Source: a virus
Lineage: Duplodnaviria > Caudoviricetes
IMG/VR virus record: IMGVR_UViG_3300027780_000024
Coordinates: 1-47,376 of that record
DNA length: 47,376 bases
Direction: 5' to 3' (one strand)
Positions 16,959 to 29,100 of the stretch are shown here, one piece after another. The translations under genes were made by a program, and so were the position numbers. The notes below the pieces were generated by a model. It saw only the letters and a program-made list of their open reading frames with translations, was not told the DNA's origin and ran no database searches. How positions within the stretch are numbered: position 1 is the stretch's first letter; every line of letters begins with the position of its first letter.

Positions 16959-18485
16959 TTATACTTTTAATACACATTCAACTAATTTTTCACCTTTATC
17001 ACTATTGGATGCTAACGCAATACCTACAATGTGTTGACCTTTTGAATTGTTTGTTTGGCAAACTCCATCTTCGCCTACGTATACTGCATTGCCTTTTTCT
17101 ACTGCGCCAATAATACGAATTGGTACTCGACCTTTTAATCCAATTATTTGACCTTCACTTTCGGCATTCATTAGATACGCTGGAGAGTCTGACACTACTC
17201 CAATACTTATATCATTTCCTGTAGCTGGGGCTGCTTCGTGATCTGGATGAGTACAAATAGCCATTGCTGTTCCTACTGAATGTTCTTCAGCTGTTGTATA
17301 TTTTTCTGCTAAATCAGCATATTGTGCTTGTGTTGAAATACCAACAAAGTAATTAGCTTTTAACGACCCTGCTGGGATTGTTTGTGCATTAACTACCTCA
17401 GAAGCAGCAGTTCTTGTTGCAACTGTTCCGTTAGCAATAGTTTCTGATCCTGCTCTTGAAGTTCCGTTTACAACTAATGCTGTAGCTTTTTCTGAAGTAC
17501 CTGTAAAGTTAGTTGCGTATATGTTACTAAACACATGATCTGCATTACCTAAAGTTACGGCTTCAGTCGATACATTATCAGCTGCTAATCCTGGAATAAC
17601 TGAGTTTGAATAAATTTTTAAAGGATTCTTAATTACACCTAAAGTATTTTTTGCTCTAATACTTATAAGTGTTCCTACTTCGTTAGCAATTACTGCCTCA
17701 TTGCCATTTTCAATTTTGATTCTAAGATCGTTTGAGTCACCAACAGCAATACCTACATCAGCAAATTCTGCTAAAGTAGTAAAGTTTGCATCACCTGTTT
17801 GAATAAAGTTACCGGCATCAATTCCGCCTAACTTTAATGCATTAGAAGAAGTTCCCCAATATATAAAATTAGTTGAAGTAACCCCACCTGTTGAATTAAC
17901 AGTATTCTTTAACGTCATACCTTGTTTGATAATATCAAACCCAGCAATAGCATTAGTTACGTCAGTTGAATCAATTGTAAATGTTTGATTAGATACAATC
18001 ATTGTTGTTTCGTCATTAATAACTGCTTTAATTATTGCTCTTGATGTTCCTAAATTATCATTTACTGATGCAGACTGCCATTGTGTTACTGTTTCGCCAA
18101 CATTTTGTGGGCCAACAAGTATGAAAGTTGTACCATTATAAGCGTATAACTGTTCGTTAGTAGTATCCCACCAAAAATCTCCAGTAGTTAATCCTGAAGG
18201 TTGTGTAGCAGAAATTTCTGCTCCGCCTGTAGTACGGAATTTAGTGCCGTCATAAAACTTTAATTTTCTTGTTGAACTATCAAACCAAATTTGCCCTGAA
18301 ATTGCTTTTGGAGGAGCATTTGCACCCGAAAAGTTTTCTAATAAAAATACAAAGTTTTCATTTTGTATTTCTCCGTATCCAGCATAATTTTTACCAACTA
18401 ACTTTAGATCAGTTGTCTGGTCAATGGTTCCGTCCTCGACAACCGTTAGTTGAGTGTTATTATATTTGTCAATCGTGTATGCCAT
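16959..18485 (-). CDS. Tail fibre/spike protein with C-terminal peptidase G2-like intramolecular chaperone domain
   Basis: Shared N-terminal module (LVGKNY..YGE...ENF..LLENF...GQIWFD); C-terminal YADLAEKY...GVVS..PAYLMN...GRVP. Confidence 0.75.
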   Translation of the reverse strand: MAYTIDKYNNTQLTVVEDGTIDQTTDLKLVGKNYAGYGEIQNENFVFLLENFSGANAPPKAISGQIWFDSSTRKLKFYDGTKFRTTGGAEISATQPSGLTTGDFWWDTTNEQLYAYNGTTFILVGPQNVGETVTQWQSASVNDNLGTSRAIIKAVINDETTMIVSNQTFTIDSTDVTNAIAGFDIIKQGMTLKNTVNSTGGVTSTNFIYWGTSSNALKLGGIDAGNFIQTGDANFTTLAEFADVGIAVGDSNDLRIKIENGNEAVIANEVGTLISIRAKNTLGVIKNPLKIYSNSVIPGLAADNVSTEAVTLGNADHVFSNIYATNFTGTSEKATALVVNGTSRAGSETIANGTVATRTAASEVVNAQTIPAGSLKANYFVGISTQAQYADLAEKYTTAEEHSVGTAMAICTHPDHEAAPATGNDISIGVVSDSPAYLMNAESEGQIIGLKGRVPIRIIGAVEKGNAVYVGEDGVCQTNNSKGQHIVGIALASNSDKGEKLVECVLKV

Positions 18486-18520
18486 TTTTCTTTAACCCCT
18501 AATATGCATTATATTAATAG

Positions 18521-18528
18521 TATTTATC
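18521..18528 (-). promoter_or_regulatory. Putative late promoter motif GATAAATA
   Basis: Intergenic, upstream of SD AGGGG and ATG 18485. Confidence 0.55.
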
Positions 18529-18532
18529 AGCA

Positions 18533-20446
18533 TTATGGATAATTACTCGTGCTTGCATGTGCCCATGCTGTTCCGTTACTGGTAAAAATCATAGTATATC
18601 TAGTTGGCGTAATTGATGCCGTTCCTGAAACACCTCCAGCTGCTACTGCAAGATCTTGTAATACAGACTGTGAAGATGATACATTATCTTTATCTACTGC
18701 TATATATGACTTGTTTAATGCTCCTGCTAATAATCCTTGACTAATATTAATTGTGGCTCCTGCATAATCTGTACAATGTACTGTGGCTGTAGCCCCATTT
18801 TTTGTAGCAGCAGGATACATTGTTTGTAAAACTGAAATAACATTTGTAAACGGACCATTCCCTATGCCGCCGGCATTAGGACTTGAAAATCCTGTAATAT
18901 CTAAGTTGATTCCAACATTGTCAGCATCAATCTGTGTATCTACATAATTCTTTGTAGCAACTCCTTGGGCTGCTATTGGATCAACTACCCCTGTAATTTT
19001 CTGTGTGCTAACTGCTATATCGCCGCTTGCAACTATATTGAGACCACCGCCGCTTGCAGTAATTGTAGATCCATTAAAATTAAGATTATCAATATCAAGA
19101 GAACCCAATGTTCCAATATTAACTAAACCTGTTGCTGTTGTAACTGTTGACGCAAGTTCTGTTTTACTTAAAACTATAGTTCCATCAATTTTATAAGCAG
19201 GATCTGCATTAATACTGTTAGTTGTTAAATTTAAATCTTGATTAAATGTCCAACTATCAGTTGCGTTTACCCAAGAAAGTTCTTTGTCGCCGTCTGACGA
19301 TTTTAAAATAATTCCACCACCGTCAATTACTGCATCAGCACCAACTGTACTATCATCTTGTATACCTAGTTCTATATTCTTATCTTCAACACGTAAAGTT
19401 GAAGTATTTAAGTATGTTGTATCTCCTGATACTAGCAAGTTTCCACCTACTGTTACATTTCCTGAAAATTTTCCAGCACCAGTAACGTCAAACTCAACTG
19501 TTGGTGTGTCATTAAATATACCAACTCGTTTACTTGTTGCATCAACAAGTATTCCTGAGATGTAAGCATTACCTTCTCTTACTTTTAGATTAATGTCTGT
19601 ATTAGCTTGTTGAGCTTCTAGTTCTACTTGGTTAGTTACTGAATTAACTTTTAAAATACCGTATTCAACATCACCAATATTAATAGCAAGCCCTGCTTGA
19701 TTCTTAATAGAAAGTTTTCCAGTTGTTTGTGTTGCTCCTACTGCACTCACAAAGCTAGTTGTATTGAAAGATACTCCTGCATCGTCAACTAATGCTTTTG
19801 CAGACGCTGCTGTTCCCCAATATGTAAAATCAGTTGTAACAGGATTAAATCCTTTTTTGTATAACTGCCTTTTTGGAGTTTGTGTATCATTTGTATCTTG
19901 TGGATATCCTGGAATACCATTTACAAGTTCAACATAATATTGACTATCAGTAAACACACCGACTAGCACTCCTGCTATATATAATTTTAAGGCAGTTCTT
20001 GTAATATTGATAGAATCAATAACTGATTGCGTATCGAATCCTGTTTTCTGTTGTCCCGCTTGATAACTAGGTCCAACTAATACTAAGTCAGTTCCATCAT
20101 AAAAATGTAACTGATTGTTTTTACTATCAATCCACAAATCTCCTGAAACCATTGATGGTTGTATTGCAGAAACAATTGGTCCACCTGCAGCACCAAACGA
20201 AGTACCGTTGTATATTTGTAGCCGCTGACCAACAGTATCATACCATAGTTGACCAGTTACTGGTGTTCCTGGAGCAGAAGTGCTTGCAAAACTTTCTAAT
20301 AATTTCACAAAATTTTCATTAAATGCTTCACCAAATCCTGTATAATTTCTACCAACAAGTGTTAACGTAGTTGACGCTATATCAATTTGACCATCTACTA
20401 AGTCAACTAGTAAGTCTCCGTTAGTTTTATTAATTCTATAACTCAT
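18533..20446 (-). CDS. Tail fibre protein
   Basis: Shared N-terminal module; RVGI...P...DVTG, GNLxVxGxTT, VEDKNIELG, ATKNYVD motifs typical of trimeric fibres. Confidence 0.78.
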   Translation of the reverse strand: MSYRINKTNGDLLVDLVDGQIDIASTTLTLVGRNYTGFGEAFNENFVKLLESFASTSAPGTPVTGQLWYDTVGQRLQIYNGTSFGAAGGPIVSAIQPSMVSGDLWIDSKNNQLHFYDGTDLVLVGPSYQAGQQKTGFDTQSVIDSINITRTALKLYIAGVLVGVFTDSQYYVELVNGIPGYPQDTNDTQTPKRQLYKKGFNPVTTDFTYWGTAASAKALVDDAGVSFNTTSFVSAVGATQTTGKLSIKNQAGLAINIGDVEYGILKVNSVTNQVELEAQQANTDINLKVREGNAYISGILVDATSKRVGIFNDTPTVEFDVTGAGKFSGNVTVGGNLLVSGDTTYLNTSTLRVEDKNIELGIQDDSTVGADAVIDGGGIILKSSDGDKELSWVNATDSWTFNQDLNLTTNSINADPAYKIDGTIVLSKTELASTVTTATGLVNIGTLGSLDIDNLNFNGSTITASGGGLNIVASGDIAVSTQKITGVVDPIAAQGVATKNYVDTQIDADNVGINLDITGFSSPNAGGIGNGPFTNVISVLQTMYPAATKNGATATVHCTDYAGATINISQGLLAGALNKSYIAVDKDNVSSSQSVLQDLAVAAGGVSGTASITPTRYTMIFTSNGTAWAHASTSNYP

Positions 20447-22471
20447 TTAAGTGCTCCTGCCAGTATAGATGATATAATTGGTAATCAAATGCGGATTCAT
20501 TAAGTCTAATGCTTGTCCAATAGCTGCATCTGATTCAACACCTCCACTATTTGGCAGATACTGTCCGCCGTTAGCTGCTGTTGGACCATCTCCTCTAAAC
20601 GCACCAGTGTCTGATGTTGCTGCACTTAAATCATTAATAGCATAAAATTGTGTAAGAGCATCGCCCTTCATATCGTGTTTGTGATCTGGCAAATTAGTAA
20701 CAGCAATGTTTACATTTGCTTGTCCATCTTGAGAACCTATAACGTCTGCTGATTCGTCTGTTATAACGTTAGCACTGGTGCCGCCCATGTTATCTTTACC
20801 AACAGCTGAACGTCCTCTTAAGTCAGGAACTTTAAAAAACCCAGTTGTTACTGATGCTACAGCACCAAAGTTAAATCCAATTGCAGCATAAAGTAATGCA
20901 TAATCGGAAATTCTATACTCTGTTCCGTCACACAATAACCAATCTGCTGGAGCAGTATTACCACCGTAGGCAAGCATTACTCCTGCAGGGTTAGTAGGCA
21001 CTGACGCAAATAAATCTGCTCTTGATATTTTTGCAAGCCCTGTTGATCCTGTAACTCTGTTTAACAAAAATTCATCATCTGCTTGCGAAGATGCAATTCC
21101 CGTTTTACCACCAATAATTGTATTACTCATAGTAGCTGCAAATGATTTTGTTGATCCGCCTGATTGTCCATCAAACGTAAATGATGTTGCAGTCACATCA
21201 CCTGTTAACTCAAACGTTGTTGCAGATGTTAGTTTATCTGCAGAGCCTGCTCTGCCAGACACTGTACCACTTACGTTTCCTACTAAGTTACCAGTGAATG
21301 CTGTAGAATAAATATTTTTCCATTTTATTGCATCTGTACCTAAACTATAAGCATTATGGGTTGCTGGCATTAAGTTTGTTAATGTACTTGTTCCTGTTAT
21401 ATTTGATGTTCCCCCAATCCAAACGTTTTTAGCAACTCCTATTCCGCCGGCAACTACTACACTACCTGTTCCAATAGTTTCACTTTCAGTAGTTGAATTT
21501 ATAGCTAATGTTCCACTAGCTTTAATGTTTCCTGTTACATCTAGTGCTTCATCTGGGGCAGTATTATTAACCCCTAGTCTTAAATTTGAATCAATTCTTA
21601 GTACAGTAGTTAAGATTCCGCCATTCTTAACACGAACATCAATGTTTGATCCTTCAATTTGATGCTGAATGACTCCTGCTGAACCTTCAATGCCAATATT
21701 TAATTCTGCATTTAGTCCGTAATTTATTCCTGTATTATTTTGAATATTAATTGGAAAATTTGATGTACTTGGAACATCGTTTCTTAAGAAATTTGCAGCC
21801 GGAACGTCTTTACCTGCTACTATTAATTTTTCTGCTTTTTCAGAAGTTCCTCTATATTTTAAAAATCCTTCTCCAGTAATGTTAATAGTACTTAGATTAA
21901 ACCCTGTTGATATTGTTGTAAAACCTGATATAGCAGTTTTTGGTGTAAATGATGATGTTGATATAATAACAGCTGGTTTTGATAAAACATCAAGTTGTAT
22001 AACTGTATAAGAAACGTTATCAGTACCAATGATTGCTCGAGGAGTAACTCCTGTTGATAATCCGTCACTAAATTCAGGTCCAACTAATATCCACCCCGAA
22101 CCTGAAAACAAATATAATTGTTGATTATCTGTATCAACCCAGAGATCTCCAAGTTGTGAAGCTGATACTTCTGGAGCTGAAACTGCTTTTTTAATACCTG
22201 CAGAAGATACCCAATTTGTTCCATCGTATACTTTTAGCGTTTCTGCACCTGTAGTATTATCATACCACAATTGTCCTTCGACACCATTACTTGGTTGTGT
22301 ATTAAATGCAAAGTTTTCTAATAGATGAAGAAAGTTAGTAGCAATAGCTGAACCATATGCAGTAGTATTTCTTCCAGGTATTTTTAAAGAAGTAGTATCA
22401 TTTAATGTAAGATCTTCTACTACAATAGTACCCTTGTTTGCAGCGTCTGTATATGATATTGTATATGCCAT
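20447..22471 (-). CDS. Short tail fibre-like protein with phage tail collar domain
   Basis: Shared N-terminal module; PAGVMLAYGG..AP..WLLCDG...VPDLRGR collar motif; LPDHKH metal-binding tip; NYIIY terminus. Confidence 0.85.
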   Translation of the reverse strand: MAYTISYTDAANKGTIVVEDLTLNDTTSLKIPGRNTTAYGSAIATNFLHLLENFAFNTQPSNGVEGQLWYDNTTGAETLKVYDGTNWVSSAGIKKAVSAPEVSASQLGDLWVDTDNQQLYLFSGSGWILVGPEFSDGLSTGVTPRAIIGTDNVSYTVIQLDVLSKPAVIISTSSFTPKTAISGFTTISTGFNLSTINITGEGFLKYRGTSEKAEKLIVAGKDVPAANFLRNDVPSTSNFPINIQNNTGINYGLNAELNIGIEGSAGVIQHQIEGSNIDVRVKNGGILTTVLRIDSNLRLGVNNTAPDEALDVTGNIKASGTLAINSTTESETIGTGSVVVAGGIGVAKNVWIGGTSNITGTSTLTNLMPATHNAYSLGTDAIKWKNIYSTAFTGNLVGNVSGTVSGRAGSADKLTSATTFELTGDVTATSFTFDGQSGGSTKSFAATMSNTIIGGKTGIASSQADDEFLLNRVTGSTGLAKISRADLFASVPTNPAGVMLAYGGNTAPADWLLCDGTEYRISDYALLYAAIGFNFGAVASVTTGFFKVPDLRGRSAVGKDNMGGTSANVITDESADVIGSQDGQANVNIAVTNLPDHKHDMKGDALTQFYAINDLSAATSDTGAFRGDGPTAANGGQYLPNSGGVESDAAIGQALDLMNPHLITNYIIYTGRST

Positions 22472-22475
22472 CTAT

Positions 22476-23090
22476 TTACGCCTCATTAAAACCAGTTAAA
22501 CTTTGTACTCTAACTGTATAATCTATCTGTATAAGCCTATTAAGTGACTTTTGTACAGGATGGAAAATAACATGAGTAAGAAGTCGTCCAGTTCCGCTTG
22601 CAGAGTAGGCTTTAAGACCTAATTCATCAAATACATATAAACTTGAACCATCTGTTGCTGTATCGTATGCATCTTGGCCGCTTGGTTCACTATAATCTAA
22701 TAAACATGACACTAATACATCAGTATAATTCGTACCGCTTACATGTCTTGTTTCTATTTTGTTTCTTACAGGATCTAAATTATTAACACTTCTATCATCA
22801 ATAACCTTTGTATGTGTTTGATTATATAGACTAGCATTAGTGCCAGTTGAGTTTGGCGTTAGATATGTAATAATACCGGTAGGGTCAACACTTGTGCCGC
22901 CATTACCAAAGCTCATCTCGTATATCCAACCAGACCCTCCGTTGCCAATACTTTCAGCAAGGCTTAAACTCATATTTTCGTAATGAATTGCATTACGCTT
23001 ATCAATGTACGTGTGATTTGATTCAGGGTCAAAAATCTTAATGTGCCCCTGAATTAGCACTCCGCTCATATCATTTAATTTGTCTGTCAT
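22476..23090 (-). CDS. Putative baseplate/virion structural protein
   Basis: GHIKI...KRNAIH, FGNGG, FDELGL, LLTHVIFHPVQKSLNR; ATG 23090 has AGGA SD (start 23132 overlaps the upstream gene). Confidence 0.68.
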   Translation of the reverse strand: MTDKLNDMSGVLIQGHIKIFDPESNHTYIDKRNAIHYENMSLSLAESIGNGGSGWIYEMSFGNGGTSVDPTGIITYLTPNSTGTNASLYNQTHTKVIDDRSVNNLDPVRNKIETRHVSGTNYTDVLVSCLLDYSEPSGQDAYDTATDGSSLYVFDELGLKAYSASGTGRLLTHVIFHPVQKSLNRLIQIDYTVRVQSLTGFNEA

Positions 23091-23109
23091 ATTGTTTTTC
23101 CTGTCATTG

Positions 23110-23117
23110 TATTTATC
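23110..23117 (-). promoter_or_regulatory. Putative late promoter motif GATAAATA overlapping the stop of the giant ORF
   Basis: CGATAAATAC, 19 nt upstream of ATG 23090. Confidence 0.5.
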
Positions 23118-26100
23118 GAGGTAGGTCAACACTTGCAGCTCTTAAGAACCTTGCTGGATCTGAATCTGCTTTACTTAATGCAGTTCCAGGAACCGTCCAC
23201 CTTTTTCCTTGTTTTCGTAGTATAATAATCTTTTGATTTTCGCCAGGAGCGTTTAATAGTGTTAAAACATTCCCTAAAACTGTAAATTCTGCAGCTAAAG
23301 TTATATCTCCTTCGCCACTATCTTGCGAAGTACTACTAACTGTTACTCCTAAGTCATTAATACTTTCAAATTTATATGAAGCTATTGCATTCTTTCTTAA
23401 ACGTTTTCCTGCTACAAATACTTCAAACTCGTTAGTACCACCGGCTCCTGGAGTAAAGTCTAGATCAAACGTGGTACTAGTACCGTCAGCTGTAAATATT
23501 GTGCTTAATGTTTCATCTTTATATGGCATAGAAGCATCAATACTTTGATCATATACTTCTACTCCGTATGGATGTATAGGCGGAACTCCTGTTCCTAATG
23601 TTCCTCTTTGTAACTGCTTTAATAAGTTACCCTCTTTAATTCGATATTCTATTCTTTCTCCGTTAACCCAAATTATTCCTGGGTATTTAGAGCCTGGCGG
23701 TATAGTTGTAATTAAACTAGCATCAACTAATTCAATAGTTTTATCATATGGTCTTAGATCTTTTGCAAGTATATGATTTTTCTCTCCGTCAATTCTTTTA
23801 TAATGTGTTCTATTAAGCATATCTTTAAACTGGCGCCATCCAAACTTTGTTATTACTGTAGGATTACCAAAATGCAATACCTCAATTCTATCATTTTCAT
23901 TAAGCTGATTTACAAGTTTAACATATTTGTTATCTTCAGTAACACTATAGTCAACATCAGCAAGTAACAATGTTCCATTTAATATAACCCAAACATATTT
24001 AGAATCAACTGCTGGAGTTCTTAATTTAAACAATCCAGCTCTTAAGTTATTTAAGAAATAATACGCTGATGAACCTTTAGTAATAGGCGTTTTTTCAGTT
24101 ACTGTATAAGACTCTCTTTCAAATTTTTGGCCAACACTATTACTAAATTGATATACTTTTACTTTTGTGCCTGCAACTCTGTCAGATGTAAACGAAATAA
24201 CAGTCGGAGTTGGTACAAATACCGTTGACGAATCTCCTTGTTGTTCAAACGAACCAAATTTGTATTCACTTTCGTTAATTAGATAAACTAATAACTCATC
24301 TCCCGTTTTTCCAATGTCTTGTGCAAGGTTTATTGTGCTTCCTATTTGTTGATCTAAAGGAGTATCACTATCAAATGCTTCTGCACCAATAAATGACCAC
24401 TGTGTTGAATACTCTAATAGTCGTCCATTTAGGTAAACTTCAATTGCTGAATTTTGAAGTGTTGCAACTGGTACTTGCCATAGATCTAATTTATACTCTC
24501 TTGTATCAGAGATTGTAAATGCTTGGTTATATCCTGAATGAAGTATCTTATCGCCTATCTGTACTAATGTGTGAATGCCTGCAGGGCCGTATGAGAACGG
24601 TGCTTGACTTAATGTCATAGTATAATTTGTACCGTCTTGTACAAAGTTCTGTGTTGAGTCATCAAGACTACCAAGTCCGCCTTCAACAAATTCATCAACT
24701 ATAACTTGGCTAAAGGTATTAACGTCAGTGCCATCTCCAATAAACAATGCATACCTAACAACAGCTCCAGCTCTTAACGGTGATGCTAATACAAGCTCAA
24801 CATTATTTGGATATAATCCTGTACTTTTTACAAGTACAGAATCTAACTTAACTCCGTTGCTAGTTGCAATTGATTGGACATTGTCTGTCCAACGCATATT
24901 TGTTTCAAATCTATTTGAGCTTCCGTCACTTATAAAACTATCAATATCTAGGATTTGTAATCCTGCTACTTCAACAAGTGTTAAATTAATCCTTGCACCA
25001 TTAACAGGAGCAGTTTCAAAATTTATAGTTTTGTTAGTATAATTTACTGTATATCCCAAAGTTGAATCGTCAGTAGTTGGTTCAAGTATATCGTTTCCAA
25101 CTTTAACAAATAATGAACTTGCAGTAAATGGTGTTTTGCCAAGTTCAAAAGAGCTTGTTACTCCATCGCCTACATAATTTCTATTAACAATTATACTACT
25201 TCCACCAGTTGGTCTTTCGTATACTGCAATATCAACAGTGTCTAATACTTGTCCTGGAATAATTTCTTCAGGACCTTTGCTTGTAGTTGGAGTAACAAAT
25301 CCGTCGCCATCAATAGTAATATCTTCTGCTCTTAAGCCCGTTGCAGAATTATATGCAAGAGTTCCACCAGTTAATGATGTATCATAACTTTCTGGATCAT
25401 TAATAAAGCTACCATCACTTGTTATCTTTCTTACTATAATAACATCGTCTACACTAGTTGGTATTTCTAATTCTTGTAATTCAATTACTGTAGTTGTTCC
25501 GTCTCCTGTAATACTTTGCATTATAGCATTAGGATTTTTAATTATTGATGAATCAAATATTTCTGTCCAGTTAGGGTCATCAAGTCTAACACCATTTCTA
25601 TATAGGTTATATACAACTCCGTTTTCTAATGGCTTACTTAATGTAATACTAATAGTTGACCCATCAAGTGTAAAAACTTCATCTTCATAAGTTGTATCAT
25701 ATGTATCCCACGAGTCAGTAAACCAAGGCAATGCGTCCCACCCTGACGATCCGCCAAATTCAAAGCTCTTAACTTCAACACCACCGTAATCAATACCATC
25801 CATTACTTGTGATAATTCGTTACCAAATTGTCCAGCAACTGGATCATAAAATAAATTAATTCTATCTGCAGCTGTAAGTAATTCTATTGGTTTCTTATAT
25901 TTAATTACTATTGCAGTACCATCTGCTGGTGGAATAGTGAAAGTAACTCTTCCTGAGTACCTGTCATATCCTTTAGTAATATCTTTAACATTTGTGTAAG
26001 TATATTCACTTTGCAGTGCAAGTTCGCCAGCAATAGTAATTTCTATAGTATTAGTTCTAAGGTCCATTGGAAACACAAGATTAAAAATAAACGTAGATCC

Positions 26101-29100
26101 TGTACCTGTAAAAGTTTCGCTTTCACTAAGTTTAGTTATTATAAACGATCCTGAGATTCTATCAAACTTAATAGTAGAATGTAATCCTCTTACTAAGCCA
26201 TTACCAATGACCGCTATTAATTTAGCAGGTGTTCCGCCATCAATAGTTGATCCGTTAATTTCAACAACTGGAGGGTTTAAATAGCCACTTCCAGAATTAG
26301 TTATTTCTACCGATGCTATCTTTCCACCTGAACCTAATATTGCTATTGCTGTTGCTCCAGAGCCTGTATCAGTTGTACTAGCATCTTGGCCTACAAAATT
26401 AATTACAGGTGGTTGAGTGTAACCACTTCCTGCATCTGCTATTTCAACTAACTTAATTTTGTAGGACATATTATCAACCCAGTTTTTGTTTGGGTATGTT
26501 GTTAAGTCTGCGTTAGTTCCTACAATAACATTATCTATAATTTTTACAGCCTGTGGAATAATAGACTTAGTAGCATCGTCCCATCTAGGAGGTAAATCAA
26601 AGTCAGTTATTAAGTTACCAGAAATATTTAAGTAATTGTAATCACTTATATACTCTCGTAATTTAGATTTAAACGGCTTAACTTCTTTTAAGTATTCTTC
26701 ATAACTAGGTAGGTTATCATTTTGGAATGTTATCTTTTTATTTAAGTTTCCAACATTGTGACGTGCTTTTACAAAGCTAGTCTTAAACGCCCAGTCAACT
26801 AATCCTTGTTCTGAAAAAACATAACGTATACTTGATAAAAATAAATTATTGTATTCAATTGCTAATTCATCAATAAGCAAATTGTCTCGTATTGCTTTAA
26901 GGATTATATCAGTTTCTTGTACTGGTTGTGCGTCGTAAACTTTTATATCAAAACTTTCGCTGTCATAACCTGATACTCCAGTATTATAAATTTTTGGTAA
27001 AAACTTAATTGTTCCGTTCTGTCGACCAACTGTTTTATAATTTATTGTATAGTCTATTGATGTTGAATTATCAATTTTTTCTAACAATAACCAGCCGCCG
27101 GTTCCTACGTTTTCAATTTTAATTATATCACCAGTAGAATCATCTAATGCCTCTAACTGATAACTTGAACTAATTAAATGATTAATAGTTGTAAATTCAT
27201 TATAGCTAGTAGCATACCAATCAATATAATTCCAGAATAAAGAAGTATCGTAAGATTGACTCTTTCTTCTTATCCATACATCATTGTTTACGCTTCTTTC
27301 GTATACTGCCCATTTGCCTAATAATGACGAATCAGTTTTTACAAGTACTGCAAATCTTCTTATGTCTAATGTAGTAAGAGTTGAGTAGCCTGTTCCTTGA
27401 TCAGTAACCGTTGCTGCTGTAACAGAACCTACACTGTTTATTGTTAGTGTAATGTTTGCAGGAGTTTCAAAATTTCCGTTAATTGTTACGTTAGGAACAA
27501 CTTTATATCCTCTGCCAGCATCGGTTATTGTAACTCTAACTATTTTACCATCAATAATTACTGGAGTAAGAATTGCTTGAGAAACTTTTGCTGATCCAAC
27601 AAATTCTAAATCTTCAAAAGTATCTACTGTTAAATCAAATGTATTATTTGATGCGAGCGGAGTGGCTTCTTTAGAAAGAAGGGGTGTAATAATTTTATCG
27701 TCAATAATTAAATTTTGTAGTAATACACCGTTAACTCGTTCAACTACTTGTTTAAGGGCTTCTGCTCTATTTACAAACCAAGACTGTCTTGGAGTGTTTA
27801 AAATTCCGTATCTTTCTTTAACAGATAGGGTGTAATCAGGCACTGCTCGACCTTGTTTATCATAACCAATTAAACTATCAAACCATTTTCTTTCAATATC
27901 TTTATTAGGTCTGCTTGTATCTAATCCAGCAGTAAATAACTGATATTCATTATGGATATTGATATTTTGATTTTCAATTGTCCAATATTGTATGCTTAGT
28001 GCAATGTCAGTACCTTCAAGAAAACTCTCACAATTGTGTAAAACAAAACTAGTAGGACTTATAAAGTTAATAAACTTATATCCCATTCCTGCAGGATCAT
28101 TAATATAACGAGCTACGTTAAAACTACTTATATTTCGACCCTCAATTAATGGCGTTGTTATCTTTCCTTTAACCCAATAATAATATTTTAACGAAAATGT
28201 TTGTGATACTGAATCAAATACTCGTTTACTAACAAAGACAGTATCACCATACTTTGTTGTTCCTGTTATATCTTCTGTAACGCCTTCGTCTGTTTGAGAA
28301 GTTTCGTTCCATTCTGATGGTAGTAATGTACTTTCAACCCATTCGTATACATCTATAGAATTTCCTGTAAATTGAGTATTCCAAGTATTTGAACTAAAGA
28401 TTGTATTGCGTTGATAAGGACTCTTAAATTTAGATGTTGATAAATCCCACCATAACTTTCCTATTTGTTCTGGTCCCCAAACTCCTGATTTACTAACATT
28501 TACAACTTCGGTGCCAGTTGTATATACAGCTGGATCATAATACAGTTTGTAAGAAAGTTCCTGCTCAGCAATACCTGGTATTTTTCCTTGTATTGGATCT
28601 ATATAATCAAGATATGTTACTAGCTTGTTTTCTTTTGTATTGTATAATAATACCTTTTTAATCTTATTAGTGTCTACAGTATCTTTAGGAGCAGAATGTG
28701 TTTTCCAAATATTTGCTGTAGGTAATTTTCTATAGTTAATAACTGCTCCGTTAGTTCCGGCAGCTACTGTTTGAGTTGGTAAACCTACATATACTTGATT
28801 ATTATTTGCATACAAGTGTATTCCAAAGTCTTTAACTGAATTAATTTGATTACTGTTAGCAACTGCTTGTGTTGAATCTTCATTAATATAAGATAATGTT
28901 TGGCCATATACTAAAGTATCTTCAACAAGTTCATATAGATAAACTACTCCAGTATCTACATACTTTTTAGAAAAAGTTGTAAAGTTGTTATCAAACGTAG
29001 TTTGTAGACTTTCATTAGTACTATCAAAGATAGTAGTAGTTTTTGAATCTGCGTTCTTTGCAGTTATTGCTAAAGTATTAATATCAAAAGAAAGTGCTGT

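Noticed and set aside
22473-22479. GTAAATA as a late promoter for 22471
   Set aside because: Formed by the upstream stop codon and only 1 nt from the ATG, too close to include the start codon in a transcript
28025-28060. HNC tripeptide in the giant protein as an intein C-terminus
   Set aside because: No intein block A, B or F, and no endonuclease motifs nearby
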